Part shown: one piece after another, positions 46,910 through 57,377 of the stretch
Position numbering within the stretch: the stretch's first letter is position 1
Layout of the letters: every line of letters starts with the position of its first letter
Translations under genes and position numbers: made by a program
Notes under the pieces: generated by a model
The model's input: the letters and a program-made list of their open reading frames with translations, nothing else
Told to the model about the DNA's origin: nothing
The model's database searches: none
DNA from: a virus
Length of the DNA: 64,000 nt
Virus record (IMG/VR): IMGVR_UViG_3300046096_000916
Coordinates: 3,012-67,011 of that record
Direction: 5' to 3' (one strand)

Positions 46910-49096
46910 ATGATTCAAGTAATAAAACGCAACGGACGAAAAGAAGATTTACAGATTAGTAGAATTAGAGAGGTTGCTACTTGGGCTTGTGAAGGGTTGA
47001 CAGTAAATGAATTAACTTTAGAAGCGGGTCTAAAAACAAGATTAAGAGACGGCATTACTACTCGTGAAATTCAAGATAGTTTAATTCAATGTGCTTTAGA
47101 AAACTGTACTTTAGAAGATTCCGATTATCGTTATGTAGCTGGTCGTTTATTAATGTGGTCATTATGGAAAGATACTTTTATCAGTCGTGGTTATGGTTAT
47201 GAAGGTTATATTAAATCTTTAAATAGCAAAATATTTAAAGGTATTTATGATAAAAGATTAGAAGAATATAATTATGAAGAATTAAAAGAAGCAAGTAGTT
47301 GGCTCGATCAAAAATATGATTTGGATTATGATTATGCTGGTGCTTTATTGCTCACCTCTCGCTATCTACTGCCTGATGAATTACCTCAAGAAGCATTTTT
47401 GACCTGTGCCTTATTATTAGCATTGTCTGAGTTCAAAGAGAATAGATTAGAATTTGCAAAACAAACTTATTTATCAATCGCCCAACGTAAAATATCATTA
47501 GCTACACCGATATTAGCTAACCTTAGAGTGCCTAATGGTAGTTTAACTAGTTGTTTTATTATTACAGCTGATGATAATTTAGAAAGTATTTTTCGTGAGA
47601 TAACCAATACAGCCCGTATTAGTAAAAATGGGGGTGGTGTAGGTGTTAACCTGAGTAAGATTAGAGCTACTGGTGCGAGTGTGATGGGGCATCCTAACGC
47701 TAGTGGAGGTGTAGTTTCATGGATAAAATTACTAAATGATACTGCGGTTGCGGTTAATCAAGGTGGTAAACGTTCAGGGGCAGTTACAGTAGGTTTAGAT
47801 ATATGGCATTACGATATACCAGAGTTTTTGGAACTACAAACAGAAAACGGTGATCAAAGACGTAAGGCTTATGATGTATTCCCTCAAGTGATTATTCCCG
47901 ATCTTTTTATGCAAAGAGTTAAATCAAATAGTGATTGGACTTTATTTGATCCTTATGAAATTAAAAAGAAATTTGAGATAGATTTAACTGAATTATGGGG
48001 GACTGAATTTGAATCAGCCTATAGAATCATGGAATCCTATTCAGGTGATTTAACATTAAGAAAAACAGTAAATGCCAGAGAATTATTTAAAGAGATAATG
48101 AAATCTCAAGTAGAAACTGGAATGCCTTATTTAGCTTTTAAAGACACCATTAATAAATATAATGCCAATAAACATGATGGTTATATCCCCCAAATCAATC
48201 TGTGCTGTGAATCTTTTTCCAACGTAGCTTCTGGCAAGTATGCTCACTGTTGTAACCTAGTTAGTTTGAATTTAGCTAACATTGAAGATGAAGATGAACT
48301 TGCTACTTTATCTCAATTAGCAGTAAATATTTTAGATAATACTATTGACTTAACCTCCCCCCCATTTGAAGACGCAAAAGCTCATAATGATCGTTATCGC
48401 ACTATCGGTGTAGGTACGATGGGCTTAGCCGATTACTTGGCAAAACATGGGTTATCTTATACTAAGTTAGATGCAATCGGTGAATTATATGAGATTATTT
48501 CTTACAATTGCATTTTAGCTTCTGCTATGTTAGCTGGTGAACGTGGTAAATATTTAGCTTATGAAGGTAGTGATTGGAGTAAAGAATTAGTTTTAAGTAA
48601 ACCTTTAGAATGGTTTGAGAATAATGGTACTCAAGACTGGGAATCTCTTTTCGATTTAATTAGAGATAACGGTATTAGAAATTCAATGTTAATGGCGATC
48701 GCCCCTAATACATCATCAAGTTTAGTACAAGGTTGTACGGCGAGTATTTTGCCATGTTACAGTAAATTTTATTACGATAAATGGAGTAAAGGAACTGTCC
48801 CGATTGCACCACCATTTATAAAAGAAAGTTTATGGTATTACAGAGAAAATAAAACCTTAGATCAAAATATCGTAGTAAAAGCCGTTGCTGAAATACAAAA
48901 ATGGATAGATACGGGTATCTCAATGGAATTAATATTTAACCTTAATGAAGGTGTTTATGGAGACAACGCATTGAGTGCTAAAGATATTTACGATGTGATG
49001 ATCAACGCTTGGGAATCTGAATGTAAAGCGGTTTACTACGTCCGTATCGTACAAAAAGATAACTTTCAAGAATCTTGTGTATCGTGTGCAAATTAA
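46910..49096 (+). CDS. nrdA: ribonucleotide reductase class I alpha subunit with ATP cone
   Basis: VIKRNGRKE cone, LATPILAN, SCF, NQGGKRSGA, NLCCE, AIAPNTSSS, C-terminal CVSCAN. Confidence 0.96.
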   Translation: MIQVIKRNGRKEDLQISRIREVATWACEGLTVNELTLEAGLKTRLRDGITTREIQDSLIQCALENCTLEDSDYRYVAGRLLMWSLWKDTFISRGYGYEGYIKSLNSKIFKGIYDKRLEEYNYEELKEASSWLDQKYDLDYDYAGALLLTSRYLLPDELPQEAFLTCALLLALSEFKENRLEFAKQTYLSIAQRKISLATPILANLRVPNGSLTSCFIITADDNLESIFREITNTARISKNGGGVGVNLSKIRATGASVMGHPNASGGVVSWIKLLNDTAVAVNQGGKRSGAVTVGLDIWHYDIPEFLELQTENGDQRRKAYDVFPQVIIPDLFMQRVKSNSDWTLFDPYEIKKKFEIDLTELWGTEFESAYRIMESYSGDLTLRKTVNARELFKEIMKSQVETGMPYLAFKDTINKYNANKHDGYIPQINLCCESFSNVASGKYAHCCNLVSLNLANIEDEDELATLSQLAVNILDNTIDLTSPPFEDAKAHNDRYRTIGVGTMGLADYLAKHGLSYTKLDAIGELYEIISYNCILASAMLAGERGKYLAYEGSDWSKELVLSKPLEWFENNGTQDWESLFDLIRDNGIRNSMLMAIAPNTSSSLVQGCTASILPCYSKFYYDKWSKGTVPIAPPFIKESLWYYRENKTLDQNIVVKAVAEIQKWIDTGISMELIFNLNEGVYGDNALSAKDIYDVMINAWESECKAVYYVRIVQKDNFQESCVSCAN

Positions 49097-49115
49097 TAAT
49101 TAAGAGGAGATAAAA

Positions 49116-49445
49116 ATGATTGAAAATTATTGGGGATTGTCTGAACAAAAAAAAGATGATTGCGATTATAAAGAGGACTTTTTTAGGGGTCATAAGGCAT
49201 TCTATCAAGGACAGTTTGACGACTCCCTAATGTATTTTCAATCTGTTTTAGACGAGGATCGAGAAAACCCTGAATCCTGGTACAACGTAGGGGTTATTTT
49301 TGCAGAATTAGAAGACTATGATCGGGCGATAGACCATTTTGATAAAGCCTTAGAAATTGATCCTTATGATGTTTCTATTACAGAAGCTAGACACTTGGCT
49401 AAACAACGAAAATATTTATCACAATACAAGATAAATATCGATTGA
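49116..49445 (+). CDS. TPR-repeat protein
   Basis: WYNVGVIFAELEDYDRAIDHFDKALEIDP. Confidence 0.85.
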   Translation: MIENYWGLSEQKKDDCDYKEDFFRGHKAFYQGQFDDSLMYFQSVLDEDRENPESWYNVGVIFAELEDYDRAIDHFDKALEIDPYDVSITEARHLAKQRKYLSQYKINID

Positions 49446-49449
49446 AATT

Positions 49450-50166
49450 ATGAGACGGGTCAGGACATTATATCAGAAGTATCCTAAACAGGTAGAGATT
49501 TATTGGGATAATGAGAAAAACCAATTATTAAATTTATCGCCTAAAGAATTATGTAAAACATCAGATAAAAAGGCGTGGTTTATATGTCCAGTCGATGGGC
49601 ATAGTTGGGAATCAGCCATGAAAAAAATAAACTATTACTGGAGAGACGGCAAGAGTGGCTGTCCAGTATGCTTGTCTAAAAAGAAAATTGAAGAAGGTTT
49701 ATCTTTAGTTGATAATTATCCCAAACAATTGAAAAAATACTGGGATTATGAAAAGAATAAAATTCCCCCTCAACATTTTTCTATTTGTTCAAACAAAAAA
49801 GCCTTCTTTAAATGCCCTATTGACGGGCATCAATGGAGTTCAATAATAGAAGGCATTACTAACTCATGGAGTAAAAAATACAGTGGGTGTCTAGTCTGTA
49901 AAAGATCGGTTCTTACTGAATATAACGCTCTGATTAAGTTATTCCCTTACCATGTTGAAGAATATTGGCATTATGAAAAAAATAATGAGTTAGGAATATA
50001 TCCAGATGAAGTGACTAGGGGTAGTAATAAAAAGGCATGGTTTAAATGCCCTGTTGATGGTAACCAATGGTACTCACATATTTCACACGTTACTAATGCT
50101 TGGCGTAAAGGTAATAGTGGTTGTCAAGTTTGTAAATTATTCTATCAGTCAACTAAAAGAATTTAA
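49450..50166 (+). CDS. zinc-ribbon repeat protein (three repeats)
   Basis: Three W..EKN...P......S.KKAWF.CP.DGH.W......GC..C units. Confidence 0.8.
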   Translation: MRRVRTLYQKYPKQVEIYWDNEKNQLLNLSPKELCKTSDKKAWFICPVDGHSWESAMKKINYYWRDGKSGCPVCLSKKKIEEGLSLVDNYPKQLKKYWDYEKNKIPPQHFSICSNKKAFFKCPIDGHQWSSIIEGITNSWSKKYSGCLVCKRSVLTEYNALIKLFPYHVEEYWHYEKNNELGIYPDEVTRGSNKKAWFKCPVDGNQWYSHISHVTNAWRKGNSGCQVCKLFYQSTKRI

Positions 50167-50381
50167 CCCATTCTCAATGGTCTCAGCTATTTATTGGCGA
50201 TCGCCTATTACACCTTCTACCCCAAAATCTGTTTTACTTAAACGAAAACAATGGCTTTTAATACAACTATCACAACTAAAAAATTAATTTTAACGTAATT
50301 TCAATAGTTTTGAGCTTTGACTATATCTATTTTGTACATTGTTTCTTATAATAAAAATATAACGAAAACAACAGATAAACT

Positions 50382-50516
50382 ATGAAAACTATAAGTCTAA
50401 AAGTAGATGCGGAGTTTCACTCTGAGTTAAAAGCAAAGTTAAGAAAAAAAAATAAGCAATTAAATGACTTGGTAGTTGAATTTTTGCTTAATTACTTAGA
50501 ACAAAATGATGATTAG
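50382..50516 (+). CDS. 44-aa ribbon-helix-helix (CopG/ParG-like) protein, absent from the ORF track
   Basis: Manual translation MKTISLKVDAEFHSELKAKLRKKNKQLNDLVVEFLLNYLEQNDD. Confidence 0.65.
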   Translation: MKTISLKVDAEFHSELKAKLRKKNKQLNDLVVEFLLNYLEQNDD

Positions 50517-50635
50517 TTGGCGAGTTAATTTCTTTGTTTTAGTGTTATCTTTTTCTATACAAAATAGAGTTTTTTCTTCAAAAAAAGGTAGTAGATATTG
50601 ACAATAACAGTTATAATAGAAACAAGACAAGCAAA

Positions 50636-50668
50636 ACTTTATCTGTAAATAACGATTACAGATAAAGT
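50636..50668. promoter_or_regulatory. perfect 13-bp inverted repeat
   Basis: ACTTTATCTGTAA-N7-TTACAGATAAAGT. Confidence 0.6.
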
Positions 50669-50725
50669 GAATAATAAAGACGTACTCATTATTATAACAT
50701 AATATTAAATAATTCAGTTTCTTTA

Positions 50726-51727
50726 TTGTATCTTGTCTTCAGAAATAGATCAAGTAAAATTATGAAGATAAAAGAAATGACGAAAAGTATCACAATTTAC
50801 AGGAAAGAACAGGCAAAAAACGCATTAAGTAGCAATCTCAAATTGTTGAGTGAGTTTCTTTGTTTAGATATTGAATCAATGCCAGAGTTGGAATTTTACA
50901 CTGTATTAGATGAATATGCTAGAAAACTTATTAATGGAAATTGTTTTCCATCAATAAAAACAGAGAAAACAGAGAAAATAGGAACGTTGCCAATCCTCTT
51001 CGATCCCGTTGTAACAGAACAATTTGCAGGATTTAAAAAGATGCCATCCGGATACAAAAACTTTAGGAAGCGAAGCTATGAAGCCCAGTGCCTTATCGGG
51101 CGAGAAGAGGATGCGTATGAATTTGATCAGATAGTAAAAGGCAAAAGGGATATTTCTTTTTCCAAAGAAAGTGATCGGAATTTAATATGTAGAGCTTTTC
51201 TCCGACCGTCAACTTCACAGGCGATAGCAGTAGTAGAAAAAATAATAAAAGAGTTAAAAAGAGAATTTAGATGGATGTCAGAAGCACCTATCCTTTATAC
51301 GATGGATTACAATGGGAAACTTCCACATCTTAGCACGAAAAATGATTTGAGGAATATCAATTTGGATATAAGAAGCGATTACGATTTAAGAAAGAAAACA
51401 GAGGATCGGATTCTCAGAGTGTTTCTCCGTACAAGATTTTCCTTTGATAGTTGGATGCATTCTCTAAAGTCCAAAATAGCGAAAATTATCTCAGACGAGT
51501 TGCGGTTTGAGAAGAAGATTCTAGATAGCGAGTTGACATCTATAATAGAAAGAGCATATATGTCCAAAGGAGAGCTTAATCTCGAGATAATAAAAAAAGT
51601 AGAAAGTTCCCCCTATTTATACCTCATGTTCAATAGTCCTCTGATCCGTCAAATTCGGGAAGAAAACCAAGTCTCATTAAATTCTTTCAGGGATCAAGCT
51701 TTAGTTTTCCCTACCCTACATGATTAA
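50726..51727 (+). CDS. hypothetical protein (start possibly at ATG 50762)
   Basis: 333-aa ORF, visibly more GC-rich than its neighbours. Confidence 0.6.
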   Translation: MYLVFRNRSSKIMKIKEMTKSITIYRKEQAKNALSSNLKLLSEFLCLDIESMPELEFYTVLDEYARKLINGNCFPSIKTEKTEKIGTLPILFDPVVTEQFAGFKKMPSGYKNFRKRSYEAQCLIGREEDAYEFDQIVKGKRDISFSKESDRNLICRAFLRPSTSQAIAVVEKIIKELKREFRWMSEAPILYTMDYNGKLPHLSTKNDLRNINLDIRSDYDLRKKTEDRILRVFLRTRFSFDSWMHSLKSKIAKIISDELRFEKKILDSELTSIIERAYMSKGELNLEIIKKVESSPYLYLMFNSPLIRQIREENQVSLNSFRDQALVFPTLHD

Positions 51728-52077
51728 TGTTTGCGTTACCAATCAAAACATATATAAAAACAATGACAGTAGTCCCATTAGATCGAAACGGACAAATCCA
51801 ATTATTTGGCATTAGATACGCAACCATAGCCACCTTTAAATCCCAAGATGGCTATGATTACCCCATCGAAAGAGGTTATCTCAAAACTAAAGATGTTTAT
51901 ACCTTACCTTTAGTTAAAGAAATTGTAAAAACGCTTAATGAAAAATATCCTCAGTATAAATTTATTCAATTCCCTATGAGATACCCACCTAAAGACCCTG
52001 TCACTAAACCATTACTAAGATTAGACTTATCCTTTATCGAAGACTTAATTCCCAAAGTTTTAAATCTAAAATTCTAA
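51727..52077 (+). CDS. hypothetical protein
   Basis: 116-aa ORF with TAATG coupling. Confidence 0.6.
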   Translation: MFALPIKTYIKTMTVVPLDRNGQIQLFGIRYATIATFKSQDGYDYPIERGYLKTKDVYTLPLVKEIVKTLNEKYPQYKFIQFPMRYPPKDPVTKPLLRLDLSFIEDLIPKVLNLKF

Positions 52078-52081
52078 TCTT

Positions 52082-52128
52082 ATATCTGATAAATAAAACT
52101 TATCTATTCTGTTTTATTTATCAGATAT
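52082..52128. terminator. 18-bp perfect inverted repeat / terminator-like hairpin
   Basis: ATATCTGATAAATAAAAC-N11-GTTTTATTTATCAGATAT right after a stop codon. Confidence 0.55.
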
Positions 52129-52199
52129 TCTTACTTAAAATACCTTGTCTATTTACATGGTAAAATGATAAGATAAAAGAGTAAAGAAAAGGAAAAAGT

Positions 52200-52397
52200 A
52201 TGGCAAAAAATAAATATACAATATCGTTAAGTGTTGAGATGCTAGAGATATTGAGAGGTATAGCATTAGAGTTAGGTTATATTTGGGGGAATAAAGGATC
52301 GATAACTTTACTTTTGATAGGCATCTGTAAAGGGGAGGTTACCCTAAGTAAAAATCAAATTAAATATGAAGTAACTAGATCAAATAAAGAGGAGTAA
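52200..52397 (+). CDS. small putative DNA-binding protein (RHH-like)
   Basis: KYTISLSVEMLEILRGIA..LG...SIT.LL..I pattern. Confidence 0.5.
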   Translation: MAKNKYTISLSVEMLEILRGIALELGYIWGNKGSITLLLIGICKGEVTLSKNQIKYEVTRSNKEE

Positions 52398-52400
52398 ATA

Positions 52401-52727
52401 ATGATACCAGAAGAATTAGAATTAGTGCTACAAAAATGGCAAGGTACAGAAAAAGAAAGCGGAATAGTATTTTATCATTTAGAAGATAGAGAAGCAGGTT
52501 ATTTCATAGTCAGCAACCAGTATGAAAGGTTTTTAGGCTGTGAAATTGAACAAGCAAAAATAGAAATTAGTTTATTCTTTAACTTCGGTTTTATGCGTGA
52601 TTTAAGACATTTAAAATGTAGAGAAGGCACAATTAATGTAAATGATTATGATGCTTATTTTGCGGCATTAGATGAGACACATAGACTACAAGAATTAAAG
52701 GAATTAGAAAAGGCAAATAAAAAATAA
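52401..52727 (+). CDS. hypothetical protein
   Basis: 108-aa ORF with GAGGAG RBS. Confidence 0.65.
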   Translation: MIPEELELVLQKWQGTEKESGIVFYHLEDREAGYFIVSNQYERFLGCEIEQAKIEISLFFNFGFMRDLRHLKCREGTINVNDYDAYFAALDETHRLQELKELEKANKK

Positions 52728-52729
52728 AA

Positions 52730-54238
52730 GTGAAAATGTTTAAAGCAAAATATAAACCGAATCAATTAATTTACGGCACGGGTGATAATCTAGTTATTGT
52801 TACAGGTTGGACACCTAAAGAGGCGATCGCCAAGAAATTAGCATCTAAAGAGTATGCGGTGATTGGTAACCTTTACTCATCATCAAGGGGAATAAATTTT
52901 TTAATTAGAAATTTATTATTAAATCCTCAAGTTAAACACGTAAGGATTTTAAGTACCACTAGAGAGGATCAAAACAGTGGTAGTTGTAAATGCTTATTTG
53001 ACTTTTTTAAACACGGTGTAACTCAAAAAAACGATAAATGGGTTATTAATTCAGATATAGTTGGTTATTTGGATATAGAGATAAGTAAAGAAGCCTTAGA
53101 AATATTAAGAGTTTCTATTACAGTGAGTTATCAAGATAGTAACGATTTAGAAAAGATAACTGCTACTATTAATGAACGTCAATCCTATGAATTTGAGATA
53201 AAAGAAAATAGTACAGAAATAAAACCAAGTAATATTTATGCTCATACAGTAACGGGTAAGACTATTGCGGAGACTTGGGTAAAGATAATTCATAGAATTA
53301 GAAATAACGGTACAATTCGCCCTACTGGTTATGATGGTCAATGGCAAGAATTAATTGATCTTAAAGCGATTATTACTGATGAACCTTTAGATTTTTACTT
53401 TCCAATACCTAATTATTTACCAGTGGATCAGGCTTATATTCAAAATTATCTACCACAGATTTTAGAAGATGCACCCTATAAAGAAGGTGTTAAATATACT
53501 TATGGTCAACGTTTAAGGTCTTGGTTTGGGTGCGATCAGATAAAGCAAGTCATTGACAAGTTAAAAAAAGAAACTGATTCTGCTAGTGCGGTAATGAATT
53601 TATGGGATTCAGGTACTGGCTGTGGCGATCGCCAATCGATTAAAATAATTGATGATTGTGGGATGCCTGAACGAGTACCTTATCAAATAGCAAGGTATGG
53701 TAGGGAAGCTGGAGATAGTGATCATCAACACGGAGGCTCACCTTGTCTTAATCATATATGGGTAAGGATAATTGATGGTAAATTAAGTATGACAGCTACT
53801 TTCCGTAGTAATGATATATTTAGTGCTTGGGTAGCTAATGCAATGGGTTTAAGAGCATTACAAGTACATATTAGAGATAATATAAATACTTCTTTAGAAT
53901 TAGCACCTTTAATAACTATTAGTCAATCTGCTCATATTTATGATGATTGTTTTGAGAATGCCGATAAATTAATTGACACTCAATACTATAAGAACAGGAA
54001 ACTGGATTATGCTGATCCTATTGGTAATTTTCTTATTGATTACATTGATACTATAAACGTATTACATCTTGATAAAAATGATAATACAGTCAAGAAATAT
54101 GAAGGTAAAAATCCGTTGGTTATTTTGAAGCAAATAGCTAAAGATAACCCAAGTATTGATCCCTTACATATTGGTTATCTTGGTTTAGAATTACAAAAAG
54201 CCTCAGAGAAAAAAGAGGAGTATATTCAAGATGTTTAA
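52730..54238 (+). CDS. thyA: thymidylate synthase (ThyA family) with extra N- and C-terminal domains
   Basis: YTYGQRLR, PCL catalytic Cys, FRSNDI..AW.AN, SAHIYD; C-terminal DPIGNFLI..HIGYLGLELQKA (DUF4346-like). Confidence 0.85.
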   Translation: MKMFKAKYKPNQLIYGTGDNLVIVTGWTPKEAIAKKLASKEYAVIGNLYSSSRGINFLIRNLLLNPQVKHVRILSTTREDQNSGSCKCLFDFFKHGVTQKNDKWVINSDIVGYLDIEISKEALEILRVSITVSYQDSNDLEKITATINERQSYEFEIKENSTEIKPSNIYAHTVTGKTIAETWVKIIHRIRNNGTIRPTGYDGQWQELIDLKAIITDEPLDFYFPIPNYLPVDQAYIQNYLPQILEDAPYKEGVKYTYGQRLRSWFGCDQIKQVIDKLKKETDSASAVMNLWDSGTGCGDRQSIKIIDDCGMPERVPYQIARYGREAGDSDHQHGGSPCLNHIWVRIIDGKLSMTATFRSNDIFSAWVANAMGLRALQVHIRDNINTSLELAPLITISQSAHIYDDCFENADKLIDTQYYKNRKLDYADPIGNFLIDYIDTINVLHLDKNDNTVKKYEGKNPLVILKQIAKDNPSIDPLHIGYLGLELQKASEKKEEYIQDV

Positions 54239-54584
54239 GGTAATTATTTGTGGTACTCGTACTTTTTCTGATTACAATTTGTTAAAAACTAAATGCGATC
54301 ACTACTTGAGTAATAAATCGGAAGTTACAGTAATTAGTGGTTGTGCGAAAGGAGCTGATACTTTGGGTGAACAATACGCTATTGAGAAAGGTTTTAATAT
54401 TTTAAAATATCCAGCAGACTGGGAACAATTCGGGAAATCGGCTGGATATAAAAGAAATCAGCAAATGGCAGAAATGACTGATGGTGTAATTGCATTCTGG
54501 GATGGTCAGAGCAAAGGCACTCAACACATGATTAATATAGCTAAAGAGAAAAACATTAGAGTGATTGTAGTCAATTATGTCTAA
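54231..54584 (+). CDS. SLOG/YspA-like (DUF2493) protein
   Basis: IICGTRTFSDY, ISGCAKGAD, YPADW..GKSAG..RN, AFWDGQSKGT.HMI. Confidence 0.85.
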   Translation: MFKVIICGTRTFSDYNLLKTKCDHYLSNKSEVTVISGCAKGADTLGEQYAIEKGFNILKYPADWEQFGKSAGYKRNQQMAEMTDGVIAFWDGQSKGTQHMINIAKEKNIRVIVVNYV

Positions 54585-54798
54585 TGACAATTTAACACTC
54601 TTAGAATTGAATATTTTAGCAGTTGCACAGCATTATAAAAGTTTTCCTTATCGTTATTTATTTACTCAAACAATGGAGGCTACAAAAGAGGAAAAAGAAA
54701 AAGCAATAGATAATTTAATCAATAAAGGTTATTTTATCTATTGCTCTGATTGCGGTTTGCGATTAACTTTAAAAGGTCTCCAATGTCCGATCGATTAA
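54577..54798 (+). CDS. small winged-helix-like protein
   Basis: AIDNLINKGY...LRLTLKG. Confidence 0.5.
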   Translation: MSNDNLTLLELNILAVAQHYKSFPYRYLFTQTMEATKEEKEKAIDNLINKGYFIYCSDCGLRLTLKGLQCPID

Positions 54799-55440
54799 TT
54801 CTATTGGTGTTGCTTCAGGATATTTTACAGCAAATCGATTAGCTGTTCGTTCAAAATCGATAATTATTCTTTGTTCTTCAATAGTCATATTGTCACGGTC
54901 ACATTTAAAATGTGGGCGATTGTAAAGAAATTTATTAACTTTGACTGTCCATTTTTTATAATCATCAGCGATTGGTTTAGCCCCGTATAATTCAAGGTGT
55001 CTTTTCATCAAAACATCGGTGTAAACGATACGGGCTTCTATGCGTTCGATGCGTATTTTTAAACGTTCATTATATTCATCTTCGCTACATTTTATGTTAA
55101 AAGCATTATTGAAACGGCGTTCTATTGATTCTTCTGCTAATGCTAATAGTAAAGATTGAGCTTGAACATTACCTGCAAAAGCGATTTTGTTTAAAATCAT
55201 CATCAATTCCGTCAAGCTAACTACATTGATTTTTTGATTTATTTTTTCGATACTTATCTTGGATGGACGAAAACTCTCACCTAATAACCGTTTGAGGTCT
55301 CTGGACATGGTGTTTTTGGATGTACCAATTAACTCCGCTATCTGAGGTACTGAAACTTTATATCTCCCGTCTGGTAACATCAATCCTTCTACCTTTGTAA
55401 ACCCAAAATCTACTTGTGCTAATTTCGCTTTCTGTGACAT
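54769..55440 (-). CDS. antirepressor-like DNA-binding protein
   Basis: VEGLMLPDGRYKVSVPQIAELI N-terminal motif; AGGAGA RBS. Confidence 0.55.
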   Translation of the reverse strand: MSQKAKLAQVDFGFTKVEGLMLPDGRYKVSVPQIAELIGTSKNTMSRDLKRLLGESFRPSKISIEKINQKINVVSLTELMMILNKIAFAGNVQAQSLLLALAEESIERRFNNAFNIKCSEDEYNERLKIRIERIEARIVYTDVLMKRHLELYGAKPIADDYKKWTVKVNKFLYNRPHFKCDRDNMTIEEQRIIIDFERTANRFAVKYPEATPIELIDRTLETF

Positions 55441-55592
55441 AATTAAATTGTCTCCTATTGTTCTTAAAGTTGTTAGGATTCACTAGATGATAATAAGCAA
55501 TTCATAACGTAATTTATGGGTTGCTTTTCTAGTATTTACTTCCTTTATTTATTGTAACCGATTTAAGCTATAAATTACAGTTTTACTTGATT

Positions 55593-56441
55593 TTAATAAC
55601 ACGGGAACAAGTCTCTTTGATTATTGTCTTCATGCCATTTAGCTATTCTAGCTTTGCCTATTTCAAAATATTCTTTATCTTTTTCAATGCAAATATAATT
55701 ACGTCCTAATTCTAAACAGGCGATCGCCAATGTAAAACTACCAGCAAAAGGATCAAGTATTGTGCCACCAACTGGTGAACACATCTCGACTAATCTTTTA
55801 ATTACTTCTAAAGGTTTTTCTGTAGGATGTAAATATTGTCCGTTTCTAACTACTTGAGTTGGTGGTAGAAAACTCCATACATTGGTAAAGTTAACATCGA
55901 CTGGTGTTCTGATATGTTCTTTCTGCTTTATTCTTTTATATTCTTTTTGTGGCTTCGCATAGCTATTACTCATCCCGTTTGATTTTTCTTGCAATACACT
56001 CTGTAGGTTACTTATATGTCTTTGATAACTTTCAATTGTGGCTATATCAAATAAAATACCGGGTAACTTAACATCCTCATACTTTCCTTTTGTGCTATAA
56101 AATTTCTTTTTATTTTTAGTGTAAAGATATATACTTTCATGGCTTCTACTTAATCTGACGCAAGGACTAGCTGTTCTTTTTACCCAACTAACATGCTCAA
56201 GATAATTAAAATTATCTTGAGCATGGTTAATGAAATTTGAAACCGTTGGCATTTGCCCAAAGAATACATAGAAATCAGTTGTAATACGCTTCGATTGTGT
56301 AGTTAATTCATTTATATTAATAGCCTTATCCCAATGACTTAAGTTAATACCATAAGGCGGATCAGTAATAACAGCATCAACTGAATTACTTGGTAAATCT
56401 TTAAGGATGTCAAAACAATCGGCATTAAAAATCTGATTCAT
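55593..56441 (-). CDS. DNA methyltransferase, beta class; paralog of 9947..10819
   Basis: TDPPY, HPTEKP, DPFAGSFT; termini near-identical to 9947..10819. Confidence 0.92.
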   Translation of the reverse strand: MNQIFNADCFDILKDLPSNSVDAVITDPPYGINLSHWDKAININELTTQSKRITTDFYVFFGQMPTVSNFINHAQDNFNYLEHVSWVKRTASPCVRLSRSHESIYLYTKNKKKFYSTKGKYEDVKLPGILFDIATIESYQRHISNLQSVLQEKSNGMSNSYAKPQKEYKRIKQKEHIRTPVDVNFTNVWSFLPPTQVVRNGQYLHPTEKPLEVIKRLVEMCSPVGGTILDPFAGSFTLAIACLELGRNYICIEKDKEYFEIGKARIAKWHEDNNQRDLFPCY

Positions 56442-56492
56442 AAAAATACTAAAATTGAAGTGTAGTTTTATTGTAGTATAGATAGAAACAAA

Positions 56493-56690
56493 ATGGAATT
56501 TTTAACAGACCACTATCAACAAGTTTTATTCACTGTAACGGGCGGTTATACCTTACTAAGTTTATTGTTCGGGGTGATTAGTGAGAATAGATTAAGTAAA
56601 GTAGAAAAGCAATTAGATAAGAGAATTGACCAATTAGAAAAGCAATTAGTTATTTTGAAAACTAGACAAGATTATCATGAGCGGAGTTAA
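56493..56690 (+). CDS. small transmembrane + coiled-coil protein (holin-like)
   Basis: One hydrophobic helix followed by a heptad repeat. Confidence 0.45.
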   Translation: MEFLTDHYQQVLFTVTGGYTLLSLLFGVISENRLSKVEKQLDKRIDQLEKQLVILKTRQDYHERS

Positions 56691-56762
56691 CTTTTCCCAT
56701 TAACTTATTTTGCTATTCATTCTTAAATTAACTGAGAAAAAGATTGCTACTTTCATGGTAAA

Positions 56763-57167
56763 ATGAGTTTAACAAACATACAGAAAAATAGTAAAATGAC
56801 TGATAAAATAACGATTAACTTTCCAGCTTATTGTTATTGGATACGTTCCAATGTTTATCGTATCGATAATGATTTAATTGCTTTAGGTTGTAATATTCTT
56901 TCTATATCTGAAGATGGTTTATGGATAAAAGCAAAAGTACCAGATCATTGGTATTTTATAAGTAAAGGCGATCGCCATATTGAAATATATAACGATAAAG
57001 AATATACTCAATTAATTGGAGTGATAAAAGAAAATATGAACACGGCTAGAATGATTACAGTGTTTGAAGATCGTGGTACTTTGGCTGATAGAATGAACAA
57101 TTATTATACACCGATTGCAATAAAACCTTTACCAATTGAGAAGGAAGGACAAATTAATTTATTTTAA
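56763..57167 (+). CDS. hypothetical protein
   Basis: 134-aa ORF. Confidence 0.55.
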   Translation: MSLTNIQKNSKMTDKITINFPAYCYWIRSNVYRIDNDLIALGCNILSISEDGLWIKAKVPDHWYFISKGDRHIEIYNDKEYTQLIGVIKENMNTARMITVFEDRGTLADRMNNYYTPIAIKPLPIEKEGQINLF

Positions 57168-57377
57168 GAGAAAATAAATGGAAATAGAAAAAGATAATAT
57201 AATATAATTTATAGAAAATGAAATAAAAACAAATGAAAAAAATAGAGAATGTAATTAGTATTATCCTTTCAATCATCGGTATGATAATTGTTCGTTCACT
57301 CAATGCCCCTTTCTTATTTATACTCATTTTTTATGTACTTGGGAATATCAATATCTTCCAACTATGCCAAAAAGAAA

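Noticed and set aside
46910-49096. Introns or inteins in nrdA (also checked nrdB, terL, dnaB)
   Set aside because: ORFs are continuous and of normal length
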